Assembly (NCBI GenBank): GCA_951406725.2
Contig: OX597814.1
Span: forward strand, 135,160,001 to 135,224,000
DNA length: 64,000 nucleotides
DNA from: Octopus vulgaris
Lineage: Eukaryota
Direction of reading: 5' to 3'
The notes under the pieces: model-generated
Databases searched by the model: none
The model's input: the letters and a program-made list of their open reading frames with translations, nothing else
What the model was told of the DNA's origin: nothing
Translations under genes and position numbers: made by a program
In this document: positions 1 through 13,420 of the stretch, piece after piece
Layout of the letters: the number at the start of each line of letters is the position of its first letter
How positions within the stretch are numbered: the first letter of the stretch is position 1

Positions 1-34
1 TAACAGAATATACCATAACTATTTATATGTATGC

Positions 35-74
<40 letters not shown>

Positions 75-544
75 TATATAAAAATGATAAGAAAATGGAG
101 ATTTATGACTGACATATTTTAATTTATTAACAATACTATACTATTATAATATAATATAATATAAATATAGATATTGGATTATAATATTTATATTAATATT
201 TATAATTATACTTATATTATAATAATATGTTGTGTTAATAAATTAAAATGTGTTAGTCTTAAATCTCCATTTTCTTTTCATTTTTGTATATTGAATACAT
301 ACCCATTTGAATTGTGGAAAAGTTTTTCTCTGCTATATTGGGTATTAAACTGCCAAACCAGTGAAAAATTGGATGGTTCCATCCCTATAGAGGAGATTGT
401 TTCTCCTTGCATTGGATTTTAATATATATATATATATGGGTGGGGCTTAGCCGTGTAGTTACTCTGTTTTAACTGAATCACAAGACTCTACTGAACCTTG
501 AAACCAGTGCTGCCATCTCATACAGCTTTGGGCTTTTATTATAA

Positions 545-977
545 GTGCAGGTGTGACAGTGAGGTAAGAAGCTTGCTTCCCAGCCACAGGGTTCTGGGTT
601 CAGTCCTACTGCATGGCACCTTGGGCGAGTGTCTTCTACTATAACCTCAGGCTGACCAAAGCCTTGTAAATGGACTTGGTAGACAGAAACTGAAAGAAGC
701 CCATCGTATATCTATATATATATATGTATATACTTATGTGTGTGTGTGTGTGTCTTTTTGTCTGTGTTTGTCTCTCCACTCCCAATTGATTGACAATTGA
801 TGTTGGTGTGTTTATGTCCCTGTAACTTAGCAGTTTAGCGAAAGAGACCGATAGAATACTTACTAGGCTTACAAAGAATAAGTCTTGGGGTTGATTTCTT
901 TGACTAAACCCCTTGAGGGCAGTGCTCCAGCATGGCTATAGACAAATAACTGAAGCAAGTAAAAGAGTGAAAGAGAA
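545..977 (+). mobile_element. tRNA-derived SINE family A (CORE-like box, internal (TA)n/(TG)n, CR1-like 3' tail)
   Basis: A/B-box head (..GGTAAG..GGGTTCAGTCC), GGCACCTTGGGCGAGTGTCTTCTAC box, tail GCAGTGCTCCAGCATGGC..AAAAGAG; many near-identical copies in the window. Confidence 0.85.
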
Positions 978-1293
978 TACACACACACATGCTAGCTACG
1001 TATCCTGTCATTGCTGAGAAATTTTCACTATAAAATGCCTTTATTTCAATTTTTTTTAATTTCATGTCAGACTATGTCTTCTCTGATGGATAGGCTTCTT
1101 GATCGGAACAATTTCTGCATTATTTGGGGCAATTTATAATATATCAATAAACTAAACTTTTCGTTTTTCCATTTGGGGCATAAATGTAAAGATTTTTCTT
1201 AGCTCACTGCTAATACTTTTGAGGGTTTTTCAAATCTGTTACCCTAATGAAATTCCTTATACACATGCATACACACATACACACTCACAAACT

Positions 1294-1325
<32 letters not shown>

Positions 1326-2047
1326 CACATAGCATGAGCAATATATGTACATAGAGAGTGAGAGAGAGAGTGTCATAAAGATATATAAAGATGGGGAAAG
1401 TTTACAATGAGAAATATGTAAATTGTCGTCAAAGTTTTCAAAATTTTAAAATTAAGTGAAAATTTTAAAATTTGGTATATTGATGTACTTTTTCATGCTG
1501 AATCTAATTAAGTGATTTATCTATTCAATGGAAAATTTAGAAAATTGTTACAGAGGTTTAAAGTTTGATTATTTTTACCCACTTGGAAAACAGTATTTGG
1601 AAGCTAGCATTTTCTGCGTGATAGCTGTCTATCATAAAATGAATGTAAACATTACAACAATAATGTTTTAAACAAAATGAAAGTAATTACATGTCATAGC
1701 AAGCGAGAGAGGTGGGGCAGCAGCATGCATGAAATATATGCATATACAGAAAGTGATAAAAAGTACAGTAAATATATAGAGGTGAAAAGTGTAAAAGAGA
1801 GAGACAGATATAGAGTGGTAAATTTGTTGATCTAAAAGATGAGTTATTTCTCATTGCAAATTATATTTTTTGTTTAATTATAACTAAAAACCTTGGAATG
1901 CAGATTTTGAAAATCAAATCCATTTTTCTTGAGAACTCACTGTTTTGGAGCCTTTCTGTGGTATACCCACATACATACATACACTCTCATTTATATATAT
2001 ATATATAAGTAACAAAGTGCTAGCACCAAGCAGTGTTTAAGCATAAG

Positions 2048-2140
2048 CAAAATTTAGTCTAGTTAAAGTATGTTTGTAACATATTTGCCTTTTAGCAGTT
2101 GAAATATGTTGCAAACATATTTTAACTAACCTAAATTTTG
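2048..2140. repeat. Foldback palindrome (about 38-bp arms)
   Basis: CAAAATTTAGTCTAGTTAAAGTATGTTTGTAACATATTT versus AAATATGTTGCAAACATATTTTAACTAACCTAAATTTTG. Confidence 0.8.
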
Positions 2141-2147
2141 ATATATA

Positions 2148-3372
2148 TAGGGGTTGGACAAAATAATGGAAACACCTAGCATTATAGCATCATAATTTTG
2201 AAATATCTATAAAACTGTCAAAAGCTTGTTTATTTTTATGCTTTTTGATTTATTATTAGTGTTGCTTAATATGTTTTGCTAAAAATTGCTGCTTCTTTTC
2301 AGATATCATCAGAAAAAGGTAATTAAAGTTCATTAAAATGACAGATCTATCAGACTTTGAAAGAGGTCAAATTGTTGGTGCTCATATGGCAGACGCTAGC
2401 ATAATGAAAACAGCTGAAATGTTTAGTGTATCAAGAAAGACTGCCTTGAAAGTAATGACAGCCCTTGAGAAAGAGGGAAAGGTCTCCTCGTCGAAACCAA
2501 AACTTTCAGATAGGGACAGTGGGACTCTTACACGAATTGTAGAAAAGATCACAAAATTACAGCTCCCAAAATTACTGCAGAGCTTAAAAAACTGTTTGCC
2601 AGTGGCTGCACAAAGCTGGATTTCACAGGAGGGCTGCAATCAGATAACTACTACTTTCAAAAACAAATATTGCAAAGCGTTTAGAGTGGAGTAAAAATCT
2701 ACAGAATTGGTCCCTAGAGCAGTGGAAGAATGTTATTTTCTCAGATGAGTCATCCTTTACCTTGTTTCCGACTACTGGCCAAGTATACATGTGGAGACAG
2801 CCAAAAGAAGCATTTGACCCAGACTACCTTCTTCCAACTGTTAAACATGGAGGAAGATCTATGATCATCTGGTGGGGCTATATCTTGGAAATCCGCCAGC
2901 CCAATGGTTTCCTTTCATGCAGAATTAACAGTCAAGACTATTTAAGCATTTTATCTGATCAAATTCATCCTATGGTTGCAGAACTGTTTCTGGAGGGAAA
3001 CGCAATCTTTCAGGATGATAATGCACCAATTCCCACAGCTAAAGTTGTTACTGAATGGCATAAGGAACATTCTAGGGAAGTTGAACATCTTATCTGACCA
3101 CCACAGTCTCCAGATCTTAATATTATTGAACATTTATGGTGCATTTTAGAAAAACAAGTAAGAAGTCAATATCCTCCACTATGGTCACTACAAGAACTGA
3201 GGACTATTTTAGCTGACGAATGGATAAAAATTCCTTTGAAAAAATTCAAACTTTGTATGAGTCCATACATACCTCGTAGAATTCAAGCCGTAATTACTGC
3301 CAAAGGCGGTCCTGTTCCATAATAAAATAAATTTGTTTGAAATTTTAAGTGTTTCCATTACTTTGTCCACAA
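2148..3372 (+). mobile_element. Tc1-family DNA transposon, full length, decayed
   Basis: TIRs (T)AGGGGTTGGACAAAATAATGGAAACAC / GTGTTTCCATTACTTTGTCCAC, flanked by TA repeats; transposase inside. Confidence 0.92.
2338..3322 (+). pseudogene. Tc1 DDE transposase pseudogene
   Basis: N-terminal DLSDFERGQIVGA (HTH), VIFSDES, PTVKHGG, FQDDNAP, PPQSPDLNIIE, terminal AKGGPVP*; frameshifts and stops. Confidence 0.92.
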
Positions 3373-3576
3373 TATATATATATATATATATTTATATTTA
3401 TACATATATAAATGTATGGGTATTTTTTTAATGTTTACAAATAACACGGGAAAAAAAAATTAATAGTTACCAGGGTAGCAAAAATTCAAATAAGTACCAA
3501 GGATGTAACAGCCTACTTATAAAGGTAGAAATTCCACGGTTTAGTGAAATGTTTTTGTGTCACATAGATAAATAAA

Positions 3577-4051
3577 TAAATGGAATTAAACGCAGGTGTT
3601 ATTCAAATCTTTATACTTTTGAAGAAAACATTGGTATTATTCTAGAAGGAATAAAATGATGTAAAACAATGCAATCTTCTCATCAGGGAAAAAAAGAGAA
3701 ACAAAACAAAACACATCAATAAGACATTTTAACTGAATGTGATTACTGCATATATGATGAAGGGAACTCTGGTAAGTTATTTAAAAAAAAAACTGTTAAT
3801 TGATTTAATATCAAAAGCAATTTATATCAATTAACAGTTTTTTAAAAGAATAACTTACCAGTATTCCTTTCATCATATATTCAGTAATCACATTCAGTTA
3901 AAATGTCTTATCGATGTTTTTTTCTCTCCCCTGATGAGAAGATTGCATTGTTTTATATAATTTTATTCCTTCTGGAATAATACCAATGTTTTATTCGAAA
4001 CATATATTGCAATTATAAAGTTTTGAATAACACCTGCCTTAACTCCATTTA
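3577..4051. repeat. Long foldback palindrome (about 230-bp arms), probably derived from a PLE pLTR
   Basis: 3577-3810 is the imperfect reverse complement of 3825-4051; ends at (TA)n; HHR core in the arms. Confidence 0.85.
3931..4001 (+). ncRNA. Hammerhead-like core with long stem II (3' side decayed)
   Basis: CTGATGA-GAA..CATTG..TTATTCC/GGAATAA..CAATG..TTC-GAAAC; mirror copy TCATCAG near 3680 has a mutated GAAA. Confidence 0.5.
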
Positions 4052-4320
4052 TATATATATATATATATATATATATGTCTGTTTTGTCTATTGAAGTTCA
4101 GTTTCTGTTTTCATGTCTTCTTTCTAGTTAGTAACATCATAAACTGTATCCAGGACACTCTGTAAAGTGATAGGTATTAGAAAGGGCATCCACTTGTAGA
4201 AACCATGGTAGAATAAAATGTAAAAGTGCAACATGGCCCTTGATCCACTTCAGATCATTACAATCTGTCCATGCCAACCTAGAAAGCAAATGCAAAATGC
4301 TGATATATATATATATATAT

Positions 4321-4377
4321 AGACAATTATGCTGATAAACAAATTAAATATAACTGCTTGGGTTTGATATACAATAC

Positions 4378-4420
<43 letters not shown>

Positions 4421-4492
4421 TATACAAACTGATATATTTTGTATATCAAACCCAAGCCGTTATATTTAATTTGTTTATCTGCATAATTGTCT
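4321..4492. repeat. Foldback palindrome (about 53-bp arms around a microsatellite loop)
   Basis: AGACAATTATGCTGATAAACAAATTAAATATAAC..GGGTTTGATATACAA and its reverse complement at 4440-4492. Confidence 0.85.
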
Positions 4493-4658
4493 CCAAATCT
4501 GCTCCCCTGGCTTCCTCTTATAGCCACTCTTTACCCCATAGAATTGGTCACTCATAAAGACATTATTGTCTAAGTTTGAATGATTTGAGTGCTACTAAGT
4601 GCTTTCTATACTGAGAGTTTCTGGATCCCATCTGTTGACTCGCTCTCTCTCTTTCTGT

Positions 4659-4689
<31 letters not shown>

Positions 4690-5847
4690 TCCTTCTTGAC
4701 AATGATGATGATGATATATATGTATGTATGTATGTATGTATGAATATATATATCCTGGGTATGATATTAAACTGCATCTGGGTAAAGCTCCATTTGTGGA
4801 ATTCTGGAGTTGTGGTGAGTGGGGAGTCACCCCTTAATTACCATTCCTTAATTACCAGGTCTATTCTGGCCTGAAACAGTAGTACCTGTCAGGGTCCCAT
4901 CTATGGGTTAAATAGATTAGTGTGTGATACCAGACACACTCTGCTAGCACACATACACATTATTGTATGCATGACGGCCTGTCTATTACTATTGTTCTTA
5001 TCATATATGTACTTATGATGCACACACACTCTGCTACCCACATGTTAACATCTAAATAAAACCTTTCTCTTACATTCTCCGCTTGTGTCGTCGTCTTGCT
5101 TATTCTTTCTGGCACTCATATTCATTTATGCATATTTTGGCTTTTATTGTAAGGCGACCATACGATGTTTAAAGGAGTCATTCATTCGTCACCTCTCCTT
5201 TTCGCACAGTCGTTCTACACTTTCTTTTTCTTCCACATCTCTCACTCTAGCCATTGCTTTCACCTTCAACATACCTAGACAAAAAGATACCCTCCACCCC
5301 AAATTACTATAAACTTTTCAAATAGCAGCATCAAGGATTCGAGATGCTGTTATTGTAAATTTTCTTGTTTAAGACGTTTTTTTCTTTAACAGTATTTATT
5401 ACATAAATAAATGGGTTACAGTAAATAAGAAATGTAGATACAGGTTAATAAATGTAATTTTATTTGCTGCTAATTGCATAGTAAGCCTTTTGTAGAAAAA
5501 AAAAAGCCCCAGAAATTAAATTAAAAATAAAAAGATTATTAGTACCTGGTAGATAATGACTTTCTCAAGTGAATCATAATTTTTTCTTTTGCTCCTCTTT
5601 GACCTTTCTGTCGTAAATTTCCCTACTTTATCGTTCCAATTTCCTATCGTACATAAGAATTATGTATTTTCTTTACACCAATGATAATGTATCAACCTCC
5701 TTTCATTCCATATAACTCATTTCAAAATTCATTCTCCATTTCCAGCCAAACACACGCATTCCTAAAGACCAAGGGAAATTACTCTGTTCAAATATCTAAG
5801 AGTTATTCATCTTAACGAAAGCCAACGCGTTTATCACACACGCGCGC

Positions 5848-5894
<47 letters not shown>

Positions 5895-5911
5895 TCTCTC
5901 TCCCTTATATG

Positions 5912-5951
<40 letters not shown>

Positions 5952-5952
<1 letters not shown>

Positions 5953-6182
5953 GGAGATGGATTTGCATAGCAAGTGACCTGATCTGAGATCGTATGCTGG
6001 AACGAAAACAATTGCAGCATGGAAGGTGTTTATAGACCATTTAAGAAACACACAAAATCCGTTAGATTCACTTTAACATTTAAATTTAATTTGCCAAAAT
6101 ATTTTCATCGCTTCGAGACCGCGACCTGTTCACTGACAAAATTCACTGCAGATGCAGCACGAATTTTGTCAGTGAGCAGGTT
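5952..6182. mobile_element. Palindromic MITE (left arm and centre; right arm truncated)
   Basis: TA-CGGAGATG.. terminus; central hairpin CACTGACAAAATTC..GAATTTTGTCAGTG; second copy at 35073-35384. Confidence 0.75.
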
Positions 6183-6790
6183 GGTTGGCATCTATGCACC
6201 TAGCACGCTAGGTAAATGGGGTGAGTTCTGTTGACACCTGGAGAACTTTCTTGTGACATCAAGGGCACTAGTTTTGCTGGGTGATTTCAACGCTATTCTG
6301 GATAATGTAGGCTTGAATGCTAGGAAGTGTAACTCACGTCTCATTGATCTGCTGAAGTGATTTAGGCTGGCAGGTCAATACAGACTTGATAATCCGAGCA
6401 TTCCAATGTGGACTTGGTCTAATAATGATGGATCTATCAGATCTTATATAGACAGGATAATAGTTAATGCTAGCGATAAGTCTAGTTTAAGCTGTCCATG
6501 GTTTAACTATGTACCCTACAAGGAGCATGTGCAAGCTGCATATAGATAAAGTTCATAGACAGGGATCTGGCTATTGGAAGTTGAACAAGACCCTATTGGA
6601 TTGTGAAACGTACCGTAGCCAGATTAAGGTGTTAGTAATGAGGGCACTAACCAGCTCTGTGATTAACAATCAGTGGTGGAGTGCCCGCAAAAGAGCCATT
6701 CGACTTGAGTCGATTAGATTTAGCAAGCAGTTAAGTCTAGAGCAACCTAGAGTAGAAAGGGAATTAGTTAAGGCATTAGAAGAGGCACTT
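6178..6790 (+). pseudogene. L1/Tx1-clade LINE ORF2 APE endonuclease fragment
   Basis: RLVGIYAP, LVLLGDFNAILD, WTWSN..RSYIDRI, GSGYWKLN..LL motifs, with stops and a frameshift. Confidence 0.85.
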
Positions 6791-7693
6791 TTATTCTTTT
6801 ATTTGTTTCAGTCATTTAACTGTGGCAATGCTGAAGCACCACCTTCAGTCGAACTGATTAAACCCAGGACTTATTCTTTGTCAGCCTAGTACTTATCCTA
6901 TTGGTCCCTTTCGCTAAACTGCTAAATTATGCAGACGTAAACACACCAACATCGGTTGTCAAGCGTGTTTGTGTGACAAATACAGACACACAAACATACA
7001 CACAAACACACACACACACACACACACATACACACACACAAACACAGACACACAAACACACACATACATATTAGCACCATCCGTTCGTGGCCGTTTGCCA
7101 GTTCTGTCTGGCCCCCATGCCGGTGACACGTAAAAGCACCATCCGTTCGTGGCCGTTTGCCAGCCCTATCTGGCCCCCGTGTCGGTGGCATGTAAAAGCA
7201 CCATCCGTTCGTGTCCGTTGCCAGCCTCGCCTGGCCCCCGTGCTGGTGACACGTAAAAGCACCATCCGTTCGTGTCCGTTGCCAGCCTCGCCTGGCCCCG
7301 TGCCGGTGACACGTAAAAGCACCATCCGTTCGTGGCCGTTTGCCAGCTCTGTCTGGCGCCTGTGCGGGTGGCACGTAAAAAGCACTCATTACACTCACGG
7401 AGTGGTTGGCGTTAGGAAGGGCATCCAGCCGTAGAAACACTGCCAGATCTGACTGGGCCTGATGAAGCCTTCCAGCTTCACAGACCCCAGTTGAACCGTC
7501 CAACCCATGCTAGCATGGAGAACGGACGCTAAATGATGATGATGATGATGACGACGGGCGTCTTTCAGTTTCTGTCTACCAAATCCACTTACAAAGCTTT
7601 GGTTGGTGAGGCTATAGTAGAAGACACTTGCCAAAGGTGCCACGCAGTGGGACTGAGTCCAGAGCCATCTGGTTGGGAAGCAAAACTTACACA
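6790..7693 (-). mobile_element. SINE family A copy split by an RTE 3' end inserted in its internal microsatellite
   Basis: 3' half at 6790-7070 and 5' half at 7553-7693, both on the minus strand. Confidence 0.8.
7072..7552 (+). mobile_element. RTE LINE 3'UTR with 5 tandem 60-62-bp units and (GAT)n tail
   Basis: Units start GCACCATCCGTTCGTG at about 7074/7136/7198/7259/7319; same tail follows the RTE ORF end at 50204-50819. Confidence 0.85.
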
Positions 7694-7806
7694 CCCTGTT
7701 TCAAATTTTTTATGATTTCTATACGTTAAACATCGGCGAGTACGATTGCGTAAAAAGAAATCACAAATTCAGTTTTATTCAATAATTTTCCCTCGCTGTA
7801 TAGTTC

Positions 7807-7900
7807 CAACCCTAAATTCAGAACCCTAACTATAAATTTTAATCTTGAGTCTTAACCTCTAACCTTAAACTCAAACTCTAAAACCCTAATTCTAACTCTA
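7807..7900 (+). repeat. Degenerate (TAACCC)n-like tract inside a dispersed repeat
   Basis: AACCCTAA/AACCTTAA variants. Confidence 0.5.
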
Positions 7901-8006
7901 AGCATGAAAAACTGAAAAAAGTTTTGGATAATTGTCAAAAATGGAAAACTTAGGCTGCTTGTACACTCTAAAGAGGAGTGTGTGAAGTCTGTCAGAAACT
8001 TATATA

Positions 8007-8370
8007 TCTCTCTATATATAAACGGCAAAATGCCTGTGTCTGTGTATCCTTTATACAAATCCACAATTTTTCAGTTAGAGGGCTCACACTTTCTATAGTC
8101 ATTCAAAACTGTCCAAAATTGGTCGTGCATATTTTTACATTTTCCCAGTCACCCCGCAAAGACATTAAAAAATCAATAGAAGTGACTTTTTTGTGAATTT
8201 TCTATCCAAATCCCTATCAAAATGCCTGAAACTTGATATGCGAATTGAATGCCAGCTAGCTGTATGTGATTGGTCGGAGATTTGGACAGTACTCACGTGT
8301 ATGCGCACACACGCAGCTGTTTATGCATGCACTAGCACTATGACCGGGTGTTGCTGGGTCATTGTGCTAG
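8007..8370 (+). mobile_element. Non-autonomous Helitron
   Basis: 5' TC, 3' hairpin TGACCGGGTGTTGCTGGGTCA followed by CTAG, inserted between A and T. Confidence 0.75.
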
Positions 8371-8392
8371 TATACATACATACATACATACA

Positions 8393-8426
<34 letters not shown>

Positions 8427-9095
8427 AAGTAACAAACTGAGGAAAAGAGATCCTTTGAAGGGGTATGTTAAACATCCAGTTCACTGGGACATCACTTGAA
8501 TACCATATAAATATGGATATAATGCAATTACAAAGATTAATTAAGTAGTGATACTATTGACAATCCAATAATCTATTTATATTATAATATTACATGATAT
8601 ACTGTGAATATAATATAACATAAACAATTATTTAAAAAAGACATAAAAGGCTAACAAATTGTTTCGACTTATATACATTTTCTGATATACATACACAATA
8701 GCAGTTCCCTTAGGGTCATGGTTTAAAGATAGATGAAATTCCTTGTGAAGGGATGGTGGATTTGGAGTGAAGAAATTATTTTTACATTAGATATAAGGAA
8801 AATTTTATTAAAAAATGGATAGCAAATCATGAATACACCTTTAGGAATAGAGATAGGTTTAACAGTACTAAATAAACTAATTTGGGAATTGAAGGATAGT
8901 AAAAAATCATACAAAATAAATGGGAAAATACTTAGTCATGCTAGATTGTATAAAATTAACGATGCTAGATGCAACTTATGTATAGATGAATTATATCAGA
9001 TTTTAACATCTAAGAAGAAATTGCTTAATGAAAGATGTGAGAGTGTTCTATCATGGACACACTATTCTAAATATATGTTTAGAAAATTTTATCAA
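8427..9095 (+). mobile_element. Penelope-like element fragment (GIY-YIG C-terminus)
   Basis: IWELKD..YKINGKILSHA..CNLC..E..QIL..LLNER.E..H matches the PLE endonuclease C-terminal region. Confidence 0.7.
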
Positions 9096-9099
9096 GTGT

Positions 9100-9432
9100 G
9101 TATACTTGTACTTGTATGCATCCATTTATAAATGTACATATATGTGTATATATGAATAAATATATATTTGTGTATATGCATGTAAGTGCTTGTATGTATG
9201 GGCATATGTTGTTTTGTATTTATCTGATGCCATCGATATGTTGTTATCTATATGTATCTGTTTGAGCATGTATATATGGATATACATATGGATATATATG
9301 TGTGTGTATGTGTGTGTGTGTGTGTATCTGTGTGTGTATATGCATATATGTATATGTATGTGTATATGTATGGGTTTGTGGGTGTATCTATATATATGTA
9401 TGTGTGTGTGTATATATATATGTATGTGTGTA

Positions 9433-9474
<42 letters not shown>

Positions 9475-9550
9475 TATATATATATGTATGTGTGTGTGTG
9501 TGAATGTATATATGTGTGTGTGTATCTGTGTCTATAGATATGTATACATT
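9100..9550. repeat. Compound degenerate (TG)n/(TA)n microsatellite
   Basis: Direct reading of the sequence. Confidence 0.9.
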
Positions 9551-10439
9551 TGAGTTTTTTCATCTCAATCTATATAATAACTTAATTTCGAAAATTGATT
9601 ATTAGTGGACCAATTCTGAATTGCTTCATTTTTGTGCATATTCTCGTAGTTACTGTTAAATTTATCATTATACAAGTATTTAATAGTAATTTACATAACA
9701 CAGATAAGATGTCTTCACTATACTAAATGAATGGGTGTATAAATACACTTATTTCATTTATTAATTAATTGATGACAATCATAGTAATAATAATGATAAT
9801 AAATAGTTTCATTTGACTTACTAAATAAATTTAATAACCAAAATAATAATTATCATAGTATTGTATAGTTTATAAATTGTATTCTTATTACAACAATGTT
9901 GTTTGTTACTTCTGAAAGTATTGATAGAGTTTGGATATACACTATGTATGGTCCCTCATTTTGTAACTAATAATATTGATTAGTTCATTGAGAACAGTCC
10001 GTATTACTTGCTTGGTTTATATTAATGATTTCTATTGATTCACTAAATTCTCCATTCCATAATATATGAATAACAATCATTATTTAAGTAACTTCAAATC
10101 TGGTTACCCCACCCAAATTAGTAAAATTTATTTTCATTACTATAGCCTAAATGTATATCTATGGGGTACTTTGGTTATTACATTTACAGCCTTAAGTCTA
10201 TTAAAGTTTATTACGGAATTCTCCCTGTGATAAATTAAGTAAACAAAGAAAATTTTTATTAGGTTTCTATTCATATCTACTGCGGAATTTTTAAAGGAGA
10301 AAAAGAGACCAGTACAGAAGAGGGAAAGCAGCTGTTATTATAGAATTTTGGAATCTGGAGTGTTTTGCAAGGTCCAACAAGAAAAATGGTGGTAAAAAGG
10401 TTTTAGCAATGGTTTGAGATCATCTTTAACATATATACA

Positions 10440-11110
10440 ATCAAATTCATATGGAATTCTCAGAGGTGGAATTTCAAAAAAATATATAGTTATGTTAATT
10501 TTTGTTGAGCACTTTTTTTGTGAAGTATAGTTCCATTATCTTATGGAACTTTGAATTTTCCTTCACATATTGCCAAATGTTTCCTTTTTTTCAAGCATTT
10601 AATTTTGGTGTGAACTTCTTTATGAAGTGCAGCTCCATTATTTTTCAGAAGTTTAGGTTGTTCCTTGAGCATTTGTAGAAGGGGAACATTTTGAATTTTC
10701 CTTCTCCACATATTTCCAAATGTTTGTTCAGTGGGATTTTCTGTAGCTCCTCTTGTCAGATGTGTTGTCTGTGGATTCTTGTGCATTGGCAAAGGGTTTT
10801 GCCAATATAATTCTCCTTGCATTTGGGGCAAGTAATGCAGTATATGAAGTTTTGCATCTTGCAGTTCATATTTGTATTTACTTTGAATAAGAATCCACTC
10901 TTAAATTTTATGTGGGTGTCCCCGTCTGTATATTTGTAGTTATTGTTGTTGTTGCATATTCCACATCTGTCTCCACATTCCTTTATGGAGAATTCTATTT
11001 CATTCCCTGATGTGAATTTTGCTCTTGTAAGTTATTTTTTAAGGTTTTTTTCCTGGCAATTACTATTTTACAGGTAGCTTTAATCTATCAGTTTTCTCAT
11101 TTTGGGGTTC
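10440..11110 (-). mobile_element. Penelope-like element fragment (Zn linker + GIY-YIG)
   Basis: CGDRCGIC..KVNTNMNCKMQNFIYCITCPKCKENYIGKT..HLEICGEGKFKMFPFYKC; internal duplication of the last segment. Confidence 0.8.
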
Positions 11111-11191
11111 TGTAAGAGTAAATAAATAAAAATTTATATATAATCATTCAACATTCTGACTACCTTATTATTCTTAATATGCATACATACA

Positions 11192-11222
<31 letters not shown>

Positions 11223-11261
11223 GTACATACATACATATGTACATACATACATATACATACA

Positions 11262-11293
<32 letters not shown>

Positions 11294-11835
11294 CATATAT
11301 ATATATATACTCATATACATACACAACAACTGAATAAATAGAACAGTATTCAAGAGACAATCAATAGAATAAGATTCGCTACATAATATACGAAACAGTA
11401 ATAGTAATTATTGAGAAGAAAATAAATAGAACGTTCCAAAGCTGATTGACATAGCTTCAAGCAGCACTTCTGTAAGGAAACATAGAAGATGCTGAGACAA
11501 TCTCATGGAGCTGAGCGACATGGTTGTGTGTGGACTTTTGAATGGTTCTTCTTGGGGTTCAGTTTGCCAACTTTTTATAACTGTTGGTCTAGCTTCTATA
11601 ATTTTCTGAAAAACTATTTGGCAGGAAGTCCACACACTTCCTTAGAAGTATACTGAGTCAATTGCTACAAGTCAACCAGGTCTACAACCTGACTGGGAAA
11701 GATTGAAATCCATAGTTGATTATTTAATATCTGGCAATGTTAAACTGTTATGACAACTAAGTTTATTTCGTTACTACTCCAAATGGGTGTTTCCTTTCAT
11801 AGAACTAATTCAACCTCTGCTTATTTTTGATGTCC

Positions 11836-11995
11836 CTTTAGCATGCAGTTTACCAGTCCATTTATACTTTAGTGTGCAGTCTAACCCTTATCCCAACCCC
11901 TAACCTAATCCTAAGCCTTAACCCTCGTCCTAAACCCTAACCTCGAGATCAGGTTAGTGTAGACTACAGATACTGCAGTGGACTGCATGCTAAAG
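11836..11995. mobile_element. MITE with an internal (TAACCC)n-like tract
   Basis: TIR CTTTAGCATGCAGT / ACTGCATGCTAAAG. Confidence 0.65.
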
Positions 11996-12385
11996 TAGCA
12001 CCCTATTTTCTATATTTTCAATGGAAAAACAACATCTAGATGTTATTAATCTGCTTAAAAGTTCAATAGTTGGTCAATGTCTTTCTTTCACACCTGCATC
12101 ATCTGAAGTTTCTCTGCATATTGAGACTAATACTTCTCGAACTACAATTTTGGATGAATTTTTTTTTATCCACAGAGTAATTAATTTGTCACTCTTTTCT
12201 TCAGAACTGTTCATCGCCTGAACAAAATTTCTCATTAATTAAAAAGACCACTATCGCTACCATAGTAAGTGTTAGAAAAATGGCGAGCATTTTACTTTGA
12301 AGCCATTTTCTATTACATACTGACTACCATGTGATCTCATTCATATGTAACCAGAATATATTCATATATATAAAAGTATCTATCA

Positions 12386-12443
<58 letters not shown>

Positions 12444-13216
12444 TTGAGAGAGAGGGGGAGAGGGGCGAGAGAGAGAGAGGAAGAGAGATAGACAAATAAC
12501 AAAAATAAATATTGATAAGAGTCTTCGTTGGCACATTTAATGATTGTTGTTACATCCGATACATACCTATCAAAATAATACAGCTATTGATGCTCCTCTC
12601 TAACTGGTTTAGAAGGATAGATTTCCAAAAGCTTTCATATCACCCTAAAGTGATGTGATGACATTGTATCCTTTCTTTGGATGGTGTTAAAATAATAAAA
12701 AAAAACTTGTGGCAAATGCATTGCATGTTTGGAATTCTATTTATGATTCTGCCGTCTTCCTAATGCCAAATATAAGCTCACACAACCATGCATGTAAACA
12801 TTTCAATAGTGACTACAACAGTCAATTACCATTGTCTAACTCATGGTGCTACTTGTTTCTGATTAAAGATCAATACTCAAAGTTTCTCTTTGCATTTGTG
12901 CATTCAGATATAATATTCCCTATAATAATTTGGTTTCTTCAAAATATATTCTTTATATTTGATGTTCCAGTTTCAATCCAATCCAGATTTATACCTTAAT
13001 ATGCTTGTATCTTTTTGGTGAACAGTATTGTTCAAACTAAGGCTATTCAACATCATCCTACTGGGAACTGACAAGTGAAATGTTTAAACGGAACTCCATT
13101 GCTCTTTGTTCAAGAAAGTGCTAGGAAACCATAGAATAGTATCTTAGGGAAATTAATCTAGGTGATTTGTTTCTCCTTTACATTGCGATTAACTCGATAT
13201 ATAATCCTTTCTACTA

Positions 13217-13420
13217 TAGGCACAAAGCTTAAAATTTTGGGAGGGGAGGGTAGTCGATTATATCAACCCTCAGTACTCAAGTAGTACTTATTCTATTGAC
13301 CCTGAAAGGAAGAAAGGAAAAGATGATCCCGGCAGCATTTGAAATTAGAACATAATGACAGACAAAATGCCACAAATCATTTTGTCCAGAGTGTTAATGA
13401 TTCTACCAGCTTGTCATCTA
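13217..13420 (-). mobile_element. tRNA-derived SINE family B, decayed
   Basis: Reverse complement resembles 51088-51320 (CTGGCAGAATCGTTAGC..CCTTTCATCCTTTCGGGGTCGATA..AAGTAC). Confidence 0.7.

Noticed and set aside
4922-5135. Solo LTR (TG start, AATAAA)
   Set aside because: No clear TSD, partner LTR or PBS
5070-5280. Minus-strand exon with plausible AG/GT boundaries
   Set aside because: Stops in all three frames and no recognisable protein
11880-11945. Interstitial telomere (also 7807-7900)
   Set aside because: Short and degenerate; the 11.9-kb tract is enclosed by MITE TIRs
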